Source: Cercozoa sp. M6MM
Lineage: Eukaryota; Protista; Endomyxa: Ascetosporea
Length of the DNA: 64,000 bases
Direction: 5' to 3' (one strand)
Assembly (NCBI GenBank): GCA_040357565.1
Contig: JBDODJ010000011.1
The notes beneath the pieces are model-generated. The model saw nothing but the letters and a program-made list of their open reading frames with translations, did not search any database and was not told where the DNA came from. How positions within the stretch are numbered: the first letter of the stretch is position 1; each line of letters opens with the position of its first letter. Position numbers and translations under genes: made by a program. Shown piece after piece: positions 1 to 11,853 of the stretch.

Positions 1-1330
1 GTTAGCGTTCAGCAACGCCGCTTCAGTTCGATACAATAGCTTGAGTTTTTCCAACTCATGAACTCGGCACTGTCAAGAACAAATACAGGACTTGCACTTG
101 AGTCACAATGCACAATTAACTCCCTAAATGTGTGCCTACCACGACATTATCGGACACGTCAAAGAAAGCTGTTCGCACTTCGTCTTTCTGCGAAGAACGC
201 AGGTCGGTGGCTAAATGTGTCCAATGTTTGAAACCCAAATCAACAAGCTGAAGGAGAGAGTTGTACCTCGGACAGACCGAAGCGTACGCGTGTTGGGAGG
301 GTACGACCGTGCAACCAGACCGTTGACGGAAGTGGCGGCGGATACGAGATTCGCGAAGCGTTGCTCGTCGGCGCGTTTGTCTTTCTCGGCAATGGCGAGC
401 GCTTTGTTCAACTCCTTGTGCGACTGCGCGACATCAAGAATCTGCGTCTTCAGTTTCGAAATCTCGCTGTGCAGCGCGTCGCGTTTTTCCTGCGTGCTGG
501 CGCTTCTTTGAGGCGACTTGGAGGCAATCTCTTTCGTCAGAGCTGAGAGCTGCCGTTCTTCGTTGATGAGATTGACGATGGAATCCGTGATCTTCTTGGC
601 ATAGTCAATCACGTCGTCGGGCGTTGCGAACTTTGATTGCTGCTGCACGAGTCGCTCCATGAAGCGGTGGTACCGCGACCAGCGCCTGAGACGCCGACTC
701 ATCCTGCGTCGCAGTCTTCGTGCATCTCTCATCTCCTGCGACAGCTCGCCCACCTCACTGCGCATCGTGGCGATCTCCTGCGAGATTTCGCCGATCGCAC
801 GTTCATTCCGCGTGCGTTGCTTTTGCGCCTCCAGAATGTAGCGCTCAAAACTGCAATGCAGATTCAATTTTGAGTGAGTCAATGCTTAGGCGGCCAACTG
901 ACTTAAAAAGCTCTGAAGCTGTTGCAGTTTCAGTTTTATACCTTGCTCGATGTAGATCAAACTGCTTGCGTTTTTGATCGAGTGCTGCTCGGCGCTGTTC
1001 AAGCAGTTTCATGCGCTCGGCGTGAGCTTTTCGTCCGTCGTGCAGCTTTTCACCGACAAGGCGCAATTCGCGTCGTCGCACTTGCAGAGCCGTCTCCTGG
1101 TAAGCGTCGTCGTCAGTTTTCACTAGCGCTTGCCAGTCATCAACATTCAAGCCTTCTTCTTCTTCGATCGCTTGCGTCAGAAAGGCATGTTGTTGTGCTT
1201 TGGGCTAAGCAAAATCAGTTGAGTTCAGTTGTGTATGTTCACTCAGTTAAACAATTTGGTGCTTTCACAAGATAACTGGTACCATTTCGCCCTTCAGCTC
1301 TCCGTCTGCGACTTTTTCTGAGTATTCCAT
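1..1330 (-). CDS. DUF4200 coiled-coil protein, CFAP73/CCDC42-like (ciliary); multi-exon, 3' end runs off the window
   Basis: ATG at 1330 (MEYSEKVADGELKGEM|PKAQQHAFLTQ). Splicing joins ORFs 845..1150 and 211..882 as ...KQFDLHRA|SFERYILEAQKQRTRNERAI...RYHRFMERLV, matching the DUF4200 pattern (KFDKFLKEND.KR.RA...Y..FLEKV). Confidence 0.7.
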
Positions 1331-1499
1331 GCTTAAAGCACTCCATTTGGACGGCGTGGTTGTTTAAATGGCGCACTTTTGGTAAAACACGGTATCCGCG
1401 CGTCGCTTGATGAAATACCGGTAAAAAGTACTGCCAGGTACGAAGCGTGAACACTCTGTCTAAGTCTCGTCTCTAGATCTGAGGAATCGAGGTTAGACC

Positions 1500-3590
1500 A
1501 TGCAGCATCAACTGCTTCTTTGTGACCGACACGCTAGTGTGGAGCGGTTCACGTCGATTTTACTTGACGAAAAAAGGTAAAGTTCCATCACGGCTGCTGA
1601 AAGTAGCCAAACTTGTCGGTCGTATGCAGCGTTCCCTTTCAACGCTCCCATTCACTGTGTGCACAGGAAAGAAACTGCACAGTTGGCTGAGGTGATTGAT
1701 CTCAGCGGCAATGCAGCGAACAGTCAGAGTGTCGTCACAGCGTTGGGCGAGTTGCTTCGCGAAGCGACTCGAGTTCGCGTGCTTCGAATGCAAGAGATGT
1801 CGCTGCATTGTCTAGATTGCCTGGAGGGTCTTCGTTTAGCGTCTTCACTCGAAAGTGTCGATCTGTCAAACAACAGCATCGAGTCGCTCGATGGACTGAT
1901 GCCGGTGCTCCAGTCCAACAGATCACCGACTGCGAGAACTCTCCACGTCGACCTGCGCTTTAACGCAATCTCCGTGCCAGCACTCGAGCACTTTCTCCGT
2001 CGACTCGAACAAAGCACACTCCGGTTTTCTCGTTTCGTTACGATCGATGTTTCCGCAAATGGCTTGCCTCCGCCGATGCAGCGAAAACTGAATCAGACAC
2101 TTCAAAACCTGCACACCGGATCGACACATCAAGCGAAACCAACCGTTGGAACAGAAGAGGAGAAGCAAAATTCAATGCTTGAAAAGCCTAAAATGTCGAA
2201 AGTAGACTTTAGCGACATTCACGAGCGTACGTTGATGCCACCGGACGAGTTGGAAACGCACCTTTCAAACGCGAACTTGCGACTTGAAATCACGCGAGTC
2301 CGACAGCGCAACAAATCGCTCGAATACACGCTGACACAGCAGTCGCAAACTGAGCAACAACTGCGCGCACAGTGCGAAGAAAGTGACCGACGTTTGTCGA
2401 CGCAGAAAGGTGCTTTCGAACTCCGACTGAACGTACTGACGCGAAAGTTGCACGAAACTCAAGAAAATCTCTCAACTGAGTCGTCGAGGTCAGTTGTCTT
2501 TTGTGCTTTCAGTTGCCCAAAATGATGTCCAAAGGTTTACAGCATTCTGCAATGATGTCCATAGGTTTAAAGCACAACGAGAAGAAGCAAAAAAGAAGAG
2601 GATAGAGTTAACCAAACGCGTACACGAACTGGAAGCACAGAATGAAAGCGCCGAAGGTGACAAGCAAAATGCGGTGCAAACGGTTCGTATTGAACTCGAG
2701 AACAAAATGAGTGATCTTAAAAGATCAAAGGTACTGTCAGTGTTTTCTAAAACAGTTTATGGATGCGAAACAAGCTGGTGAATTGTTTCTTTTTGAAGCT
2801 AAAGCTTGAAGAAGAGCTGGTTAACTTCCAACACAGAGAAACTGAACTAAAAGAGAAACTGCACGAAGCAAACGCAGTCGCTGCCGGTTTGCGTGCGAGC
2901 GTCGTTGAAAAGTCCAAAAGCGCGCAGGCAAAGGACGAGGAACTTGAAGCAGCATCGCTCAAGCAGCGTCAACTGACAGTGGAATGCGACAAACTAAAGC
3001 ACAAACTGAAGCAACAAACGCTGCTGAACCAGAAGCGAGAAGCACAGGCACGCCAACTCGAGAGCGAAATCGAATCGCGTACGACTGAGCTTGAGTTGTC
3101 GCGTCAGAAGGCGAAACAACTCGAGCAAGAACTCGACCAGTCTCGACTTTCTGCGCGAAAGCAGCGACACCAGCTTGAGGCTCGACTCGCCGAGCAGCTC
3201 GAGGACGCGCAACGCAGCGCGCGACGCGCTCGAAAACTGCAGCTCGAGTGTTCTAACCTGGTATAGTACATCACTTTTGCATTAACAATTGAGCCTTAAC
3301 GAGGTGCCTGCATGCATGCGCAGAGAGCGAAAGTGCACGAAGCGGTCCGAACCCTCACCGGCGGTTCTTCCACCGTCCCTCGTGATCGCTCGCCATCTCC
3401 TGCGGTGACACCGCAGAAACCGAAAGAACCGCGACTGCAAGTGCCAAAAGTCCGTCAGCGACTCAAGGTTTCTGCTGGGAGCGCCCAAAGTGTCAGCACC
3501 TCCGTTCTAGACGACTCGGACGATAGCCTTGATGCTACTAAATATAGTATCGGCTCCGACACGGGGAGCTCTATCGAGATTATCGTTTAG
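1500..3590 (+). CDS. N-terminal LRR plus long coiled-coil protein (LRRC45-like architecture); multi-exon
   Basis: ATG at 1500; LRR motifs (LESVDLSNNSIESL, LHVDLRFNAI); heptad-rich exons in ORFs 2494..2781 and 2763..3266; TAG at 3588-3590. Confidence 0.65.
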
Positions 3591-3754
3591 CTTAGTTCAA
3601 GAGACTACAGAGATAAAAGCTGTGTGCAGCTGTGAACTACTCACACCAACAAAAGCACTCAAGCTCAAGGTCATACTGTAAGTTTACTGTAAATTTACAG
3701 TGTCATGATCTCTCCTTTTAAATTTAAAATATAGTGGTTGGGGGCAGTAAATTG

Positions 3755-5632
3755 TCAGACGCCACCGGATTTTTCATTGAAGGGCTCGTGGGCATCCTCT
3801 CCATCTATCATTGGGTTTGACTGGTACTGCATTCGATCATTGAGCATGTCGTGACGGGCACCAACGACAACGGCAACTGCCGGCGCTGACCAAGGGGTGA
3901 CTGCGACGGTGGGCATATTTGATGGGCTCGACTCGTGACCTTCTAGAGATACGTTGAACAACTGCTGTGGCGATACTTCTCTGCCGGTGAACATGTGCTG
4001 CAAGACCCTTCTCAGTGAGTTGTTGGTCAGCACATAGACGCACGCATTGACACCACCTTGAGACGGTGTGAGAATGCAAAACAAAATTCCTATCAAAAAG
4101 GGAACATTTTCTCTGAAGTCGCAGCTTAAAAGTAAAGTACCTCTTAACCAAAATGGTGGTTCATACTCCCAGAATTCCTACCAAGAGTAGAACATGTGAG
4201 TATTAAAAGAGATAAAGTCCAGTAATGATAAATTTGCCATGGTTCTGACTGTCACTGTTGCACTCAAACTAATGAAGTCTGTGAATACGATCCAGAACAG
4301 TTTCTTTGCCACTAAGGATGCAACTGAACTGCAACTGAAACAATATACTGTAGTTTCTACAATGTACCAGTGATGAGATCAGCGTGCTGGTATCGCTTCG
4401 CCCGTGCCACTAGTATTTTCATCGATTGCAAATTGTGGCGATGTGCGTATCAATACATGCAGAGATAATCTTACGTGTATGAACGCGTAAAGGAGTATAT
4501 TTAGTTTTACCTTTGATAAACGCCACAAGGCATACAACATCGCAAACGTACGCAGCATAGACCCACCTTTGAACAAAAGAAAGAGTTACAAATGGGAATG
4601 ATACAGCGATCCCCGTAAATGGAGTGGCGATACCAAAAGTAAAACGCTTGTTGAAAAACTGTGTTTTGGACCCAGCAATGAAGTTGAACCGTCCCAATTG
4701 AACCGGAGAGCAGCATTCCAGTTGCGCAGGTGATACCGATAACCCAAACCTAATTGCGGAACACAACGGCGGGAATGCGGGAAGAACACAACTGCAAAGT
4801 CTAGAAACTGAAATCAAACTTGATTAAAAAAGGTGTCGATACCGCAATGAGAAAAAAGTGGTATCGCTTTCGGTCGTTCGAGTGCGCAAGAGGCCAGTTC
4901 ACCATTCGAAACATCTCATACGCCATACAACTAAATTTTACCACGGGATATGTTAATTGACAGTCGCGGTTAATAACCAGCAGCTGGCGACTAGGTGCAT
5001 ATAAATTTACCTTGTCCAAAGCACCGAGATGACAGATCTATTTTTACATTAAGACAGTATCCAACTGAATAGATTTTCTTCAACTTAAGCCAAATAGCGC
5101 ATGGAAAATTCAAAATGTTACAGCGTGAAACAACTGGACTGCATCGTACAAAAAGGTTCCAAGTTCCCGTCGTCTCGATGATCACTCGTAAATATTGGCC
5201 CCCATACCCAACTGACAAACAACGAAAGCAAAGATGCGGCGGGCATTCCGACCAATACAGTCAATTTACACAGAAGAAACAGCGGATCAAATGAACAAGA
5301 AACCGGCGCTACCCTATCGATGGAAAGAGATCGAAAAAGGCGTTAATCAAGAGCATTTTCATCTGTCCCAGAGTGAACAGAAAGGAGCTGTGGTATGCGT
5401 TCGCTGAAATCATATCCCAAAGTACCACTATACTTCTTTTGTGGAGCCATGAATATCGAAGGTAAATGTAAATTATGAAGAGCGACAAAAGAAGTGAGAC
5501 GCCACCAACGGAGCCACCTATTATGTGGAGCAGGCGGTCGTGACTGTCTGCAACAAAACAAAAACAAAAAAAAACTGAACAGAAGCTGAAAAAGTCAATG
5601 TGGTTCTTGCCTATGTATCCTGTAAATCCCAT
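3755..5632 (-). CDS. 7TM G-protein-coupled receptor, cAMP-receptor-like family; multi-exon
   Basis: TM1 GGVSLLLSLFIIYIYLRY; TM3 CMAYEMFRMVNWP; extracellular CWVQN; TM7 ILTPSQGGVNACVYVLTN, typical of CAR/GCR1-like receptors. Confidence 0.75.
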
Positions 5633-6225
5633 TTGAATGTGTCTACAGTGCACGAGATCATGCAACCTACGGTACGCATGTGCTCGCAACTCGCTGTCTG
5701 ACACCGGGTCAGCACTACTGTAGGCTCTTCCGCGCGGTCGGTGCCTGTCAACCTGCTACAAGCCACTGTAGCTTTGAACAAATATGTCAGGAGTTGAGCT
5801 CAAACTGACAGGCGAAGTTGAGGTTAGCACTTAGCAGATACAGTACAATACGAAGCACCGCGGTTATATTTTACAGAAAATTACCATGACAGAACTGCAG
5901 TGACAGCCAAGGTGCATCATTGTAATGTAATTTACTGAGTGTACTACTAATCAAGGGATCAGGTACGTGCGACTAATGGCCGGACAGAGATACAAGCAGC
6001 AACGGCAAACATCGCTTCAGCGCTTATCGCTGCTTGTTCGTGCTACAGGTCGACACAGCATGTCTCATAAACAGGCAGTGTAAGTTTAGGTGAGTAATCA
6101 TGCATAGCAGACTTACAAAGCCTGGAAGAAAGCGAACGAAGACCCGAACCTTCAAGAGTGAGTACCGAAGCTGCACATGCGCGACTACAGCTCTGTTTGC
6201 TGCAAAAGACAATCACCATTAAAGC

Positions 6226-7143
6226 TCACTGCTTCTTTCTGCTCGCCGTTGATGCGTTCTGTACCACCAGTGGATTCGACGAGAAACAGCGGAGAGCAGC
6301 CGTGTTTTTCGAAACTAGGCCGCAGACGCGCGACCATATTTTCGTTGCCGTTTCGTTCTTGCGACACTTCCAATGTGCTGCTGCTCGTCCGAGTGATAAC
6401 CTGTAGCGAGAGTCGAAGTGAACTCGGTTGAAAATCGAAAACAAAAAATAACGTACACAGATCGGTAAAGAGTCGGCTTTTTGATTATCGCCATCGTCGC
6501 TAAAGCTGTCGGGAAATAGCGAGTCGTGAGATTGTCGGCGCAGGTACCATCGGCCCAAATGTTGCATGTTTCCACCTGTAGAGGCAAGCTGTGCTGTGAA
6601 CTTCTTTACATAGCATGCTTCAATCAATCGGTACCCTGGGTGGTAAGAACAAGGTTTGGTGTAATCTGCACAGTGCTTGCGAGGAAACCAACGTCTGGCT
6701 TTGTCGGAGGGTACTGTCAGCAGAAAGGTGAATTTGTAACGAGCACAGTACTGTTATTGCCAACAACTTTGAATGAAAAAAGAAACCAGCAAGCGCCGGT
6801 TTTCATCCGCTGTGTTATACTGAGTCCCAGTCTTTGTGCTTTCGCTGCCTGGGCGAGAAGGAATGTAGCAGTCCGTAGGCAGTGAGTGGAGTGTAAGGTG
6901 ACACCCATTGAAGCGACAAACGAATCCTACCACACACACACACATACAAACACATACACATACACATACAGACATACTACGGTACTGTAAGTTACTAAAT
7001 TTAGTACCTTGCATCGTAGAATCGCTCACGTCGGTCCATGAATTAAACGACAGTGTTTCGTACTCAGCATCTGGCGCCCGACTCGAGGCATCCCCGAAGC
7101 GAGGAATTGCTTCACCGCATTTCGCCCAGAGCCACTGTAGCAT
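6226..7143 (-). CDS. Hypothetical spliced protein; boundaries uncertain
   Basis: Exon-like segments (MLQWLWAKCGEAIPRFG...; LASTGGNMQHLGRWYLRRQ...) separated by GTAC...AG introns, one with a TG repeat. No recognised domain. Confidence 0.35.
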
Positions 7144-8386
7144 CTTTGATTGTCGACACTTGAGCCTGCAGCTTCTAAAACTACCGAAGAGCAGATTATT
7201 TATTTGCAAAATGAGTGACCGACCGGAGTGGCGTTTCTCCAACATATCTTATTCTGGACCCGTCGCACTTCGGACTTCTTAAACTAAACTTGTGGCTGTA
7301 TCGTTGCCGCGATTCTCAATGCATGCTGTACCGTCAAAGCCAGTGATTGTCGGACGAGTGCAAAAATGCAGGAGTGCTGGGACTTCTTTCATAGCACTCG
7401 ACCGGATAGGACTAGTGTCACGGTATTATTTACCGCACAGTACCGTCGGTAGACACAGTAAATTTAGAACAAACTGCAGTACTTGTCGACGATAAACAGC
7501 ATAGTAGCTACTGTACATAATATCGTCTGAGTTTTCTTCGGTTCACGTTCAGTGCGGCGCTACGATCACACCTTTGCAGTTTCGGCAGCCTTCGAAGACA
7601 CGTCTTCGATCTCGACTCGGGGAGTCTCGAAGTCAAGAGCTAGCAGCTTGGCGGCAGCCTGCGACGTCGTCAGTCTGTGCGCGCCACCGCGGCAAACAGA
7701 TCCAACGACACAGCAACAAGGAACCTTGCACCGCATTAGAGTCCACAGCAACGAGGGTCAAACAGCTAGATATGAAGTCATGCACAGCGAGGGCTGAAGC
7801 TGCGCTGAAATCCGTGTGGCGCCTTCCGGACCAGCTCGCAGCGCGCACGAAAAAATAAGGTCGTGCGCCAGAAATAGTCAGCGCCGCGTTTCTCCACATT
7901 GTGTGACACTGGCTCCGCGCGGATCTGACATCTCACACACTGCCAAACCTGTTCTAGCATCTAATCGTTGTCGCTGCGCTCGAACCAAAACCGATCAAAA
8001 GTTGGAACCAGTCGACCAAATTTCAGTTGCTAGACTTAGTGCACGCAGCCTGCACTGGCAGTGATGGCCGAGCGAGCGCTTTACGCCCGCCCGACACGGC
8101 CGTGACTGCCCGGCAGGCTGCTTAGGCTGTCACGATCACGACTTTTCACTCGGTCCGGTCGACACGCACGCCGGCCTTGCACTGGATTAAGGCAACACTT
8201 GATCCGACGTTAAGGTGACTTGGTGGATTCCCTGGGGGTCTGGATCTTGCGTTGGACAAAGGAGGCAGATCTTGAAACCAAGAAAAGCTGTCAGTTCTTG
8301 ACTTGTCACTTGATTCTTCAACTGTCTTTCGTGCGCGCGTATGTTACTCTCGTTCTCTCGATCTCCTGTGCAAAGCCAAGACTCGA

Positions 8387-9407
8387 CTAATGGCGACGCG
8401 AGCTACGACTGCGACGACGCGGACGCGATCTGCGCAAACAAACGAATGTGAAGCCACGAGAGTTTATATTTTGAATTAAGATAGCGCACTTGCTGCGACG
8501 GCCGCGCGAGCGCGAACGTCTGTACACACAAACATACATACACAGATACAGAGATACAAACACGTCGAGAGTAAACAGCTTGAGATTTCTCATTGTATCA
8601 AGTTTTTCGTTTTTCGTTAGTGTTACCTGTCGCGACGCGAGCGCGAGGGAGAGCTACAGGACGGGAGAATAAAACCAGCTGAAGCAACGCACAGACAACA
8701 CAGCGGCCAAACACACAATGCAACAGCGGAAAGAAAGGCACCGGTTGCGACGACGCGAGCGCGAGCGGCGGTCACGGCGACTGCGACTGCGCGAGCGATG
8801 ACGACTGCGCGAGCGACGACGACTACGCGAGCGACGGCGGCTGCAAAAGGCTTCTTAGTTATCACACACACGCGCGCCACATGTGCCTTGAACATAAAGG
8901 TACCTGCGCGAACGCGAACGCGAGCGGGAGCTACCGGAAGCACAGCCACGGATACACAGACATAGATACGTACATACACAGACATAGACAGACAGGAAGT
9001 GCTACCGGTCACGGCGCCGCATCTGATCGCTCGTTCGGCGGTTACCCTTGGCGATTTCGAGGCGCAAACGGTTTCCTTCGAGCGTGGACTCATCACTGCA
9101 AAGAACACAGCTCACTTACATAGCCTTTTATCGATTCCAAATGGAAGACGAAAAGGTACAGCTCATCGACGGCCTTGCGAGCATCGTCCTCAGACACCAT
9201 TTCGACAAAGGCAATGCCCTTGCGGCGACCCGAGTAGAAGTCCTTGGGGACTGCGAAACGTGAGTAAAGCACACCAAAAACACGCCAGCCCCATTAAGGT
9301 GCAAAAGTACTGTAGACGTCCTTGACTTCGCCGACTTTTGAGAAGTGCTTCTCCAGATCCGACGCCTGGACGCTATCGGCCACGCCGCGCATAAAAATCG
9401 ACGTCAT
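8387..9407 (-). CDS. SR splicing factor, RRM plus RS domain, SRSF10/SCL-like
   Basis: Spliced: MTSIFMRGVADSVQASDLEKHFSKVGEVKDVY|IPKDFYSGRRKGIAFVEM...LRLEIAKGNRRTSDQMRRRD, then RS micro-exons to TAG at 8387. Confidence 0.9.
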
Positions 9408-9922
9408 CTGAACGTGTACACTAAAATTATACAGTCCAAGGCAACGGCCAAACCCCACGAGTCGCAAAACACACCAGATTGTCCACAAGCTTGAGCAAAA
9501 TGTGGAACCAGAAACCAGCGTGAAGCACCTGCCCTATAGTAGCACACAATCACTGCCCGCTGGGACGTCGGCACACCAGGCCCAGGCTCAATTTATTTAA
9601 TATTTAGGAAAACGGTGTTCAGGAACGCTCCGGGTCACATCGAGCCCGGTCAGACGAAACACACCCAAAAACAACGGACAGGCTGAGAGTGTCGAACGGC
9701 GCCACACTCGTTTCCAACGCCAGTAGCTCGGCTAGGCCTCTCTGGCGACTGTGGGAGTGGAGTCGGCTGCCATCAAAGGTCTGTGTTCGTGGTGTTTCAG
9801 CGAACGAAGTGTGTTTGGCGTTGATTGAGTGGAGCTTCTTCGTGGCGCTACAGCTCGCTCCGCGTTGCTACTTCGTGTCGTGCTGGGGCAGACACTTCCT
9901 CGCTTGCTCGTTGTGTTGTGAG

Positions 9923-11742
9923 ATGGCGCAGCTCCAGCAGAACGGCACCCTGCTTGAGCAGATCGCCAATATCGAGCACATTGATTGCATTTCTGCCTCC
10001 AAGGGCGAGTGCACTAACCGCACACTTCGTCAACTGGCTGAGTACGTTGCTTCATCTCAGTCATCGGCATCAGCGTGCCACTTTGCGCACTTGCGTTTGC
10101 ATTATTCCTGCAAGACTCGTCGATGATCGCTTTTCGCTGATCGCTTTTTGACAATCATTTTGCCTGTGGACCCTTTTTGGTGATCGCTCCGAAACAATCT
10201 CTCCAAGTGTCCAAATATTGCTTTAGGCAGTGAAATAGTTTATTGGGCCCAAACGTTACTTTTGGGCACTTGCATGATTTCGGCGGTTTTTTGTTTTGTT
10301 TGTTTCGAAGAACTCTCTTGATGCATTGACCCTGTGCAGGCGACTTTCGGAAGCGCGGAACTTGAAACATGTCAGCTTCAAATTCAATGAGGAGAGCGAC
10401 GGCTCTGGCGGTCCCAGCAAGCGCATGCTGCTGCAGTTGGCGGAGGCACTGTCGGCGCCGTCGTGTGTGTTCCAGCTCAAGTACCTGAAGTGCGAGGGCC
10501 TGTGGCGGCACCTCCAAGACCACAAGGGCGGCATCGTCGAAGCCTTTGCGGCCGTTGTGACGCGGCACCTAGACACGCTGCTCTACGTGGACTTCTCGCT
10601 CAATCTGTGCCGAATGCGGCCGATCTGCAAGGCGCTGCGCGATGGCGTGAACTGTACGCTTTCGGTCCCTCTCCAGCTGTGTGTGTAGATTCGTTAACAC
10701 GTTCCTTGTGGTGTGCGCAGTGGTGCAGCTCAACTTGCGGCAGAACTCGCTGGACGCAGAAAGCATGCGGCAGATCTCGGACATTCTGCTGCTGGAGGAC
10801 TGCTCACTGGTGACGCTGAACCTCACCGAGACGAGTGTCGGCGACCGCGGGTGCCACCGCTTGGCGTGTGCACTGCCGCGCAACTCGAGTCTCAAGAAAC
10901 TCTCGCTCCGTGCCTGCGGCATCACGGACGCTGGCGTCGACTTTCTGTGTGACGCCTTCCGTGACACCGAAGACGGCTACACGGGCCTGACGCACCTCGA
11001 CCTGTCGCACAACCATGTCGCTGTAGCCTTTTCTTTTTTCTCATCATCAAAATGTTGTGCATCAAAATGTTGTGCGCTGGTTGATTACTCCTTGTGACTA
11101 ACGTGCTGTGTGCTGTGTTTTGTGAAGGAGCGTGGCATGGCGCACCTGTGGCGCATGATGACGAAAGTGGCCGGTTTTAAGCCGCGCAACGGCTTTCGCG
11201 AAGGCGAGCCGATTCTCGTCAACCTGCGAAACAACAAGGTGTGTCTCGTGTGTCCCTTGGATTGAGTTGCGTGCTTTGTATTTGGACGTGTGTGTGTTGT
11301 GTGTGTGTGTGTGTGTGTGTGCCGCAGGCAATCGATCAGTACCAGTATGGCTCGTTCCCGGAGTTGTACTCAGAACCAGTGAAGCGCGAGTCGTGCTTTG
11401 TTCGCTCGTGCGTGGACGTGCGTCATCGGATCTCTGGAGGTACACTTGATTGCATTTTCTTTTCTTTTTGCTGACTCGGTATGTTTTGTGCTGCTGCTGC
11501 TGCGCAGGCTCGTTCGGCGACATTTTCAGCGCGGTGGACTTCCGCACGGGCGATCAGTTCTGCATCAAGGTCGAGAAGGGCAGCAGCAGTCAGCCGCAGC
11601 TCGACTTTGAGTACCGCGTGTACGGCAGTATCAATGCCGACCTCGAGAGTGAGGCGCGCAGCATTCATCGACTCAATGGCCTCGAGACAGACCCGATGGT
11701 AGACTCGGTGTTTGGTGTGTGTGTGTCTGTGTCTCTGTGTGT

Positions 11743-11794
<52 letters not shown>

Positions 11795-11804
11795 NNNNNN
11801 NNNN

Positions 11805-11853
<49 letters not shown>

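Noticed and set aside
7367-7858. Possible two-exon plus-strand gene
   Set aside because: A splice path exists, but there is no recognisable homology or clear codon bias; too weak to call.
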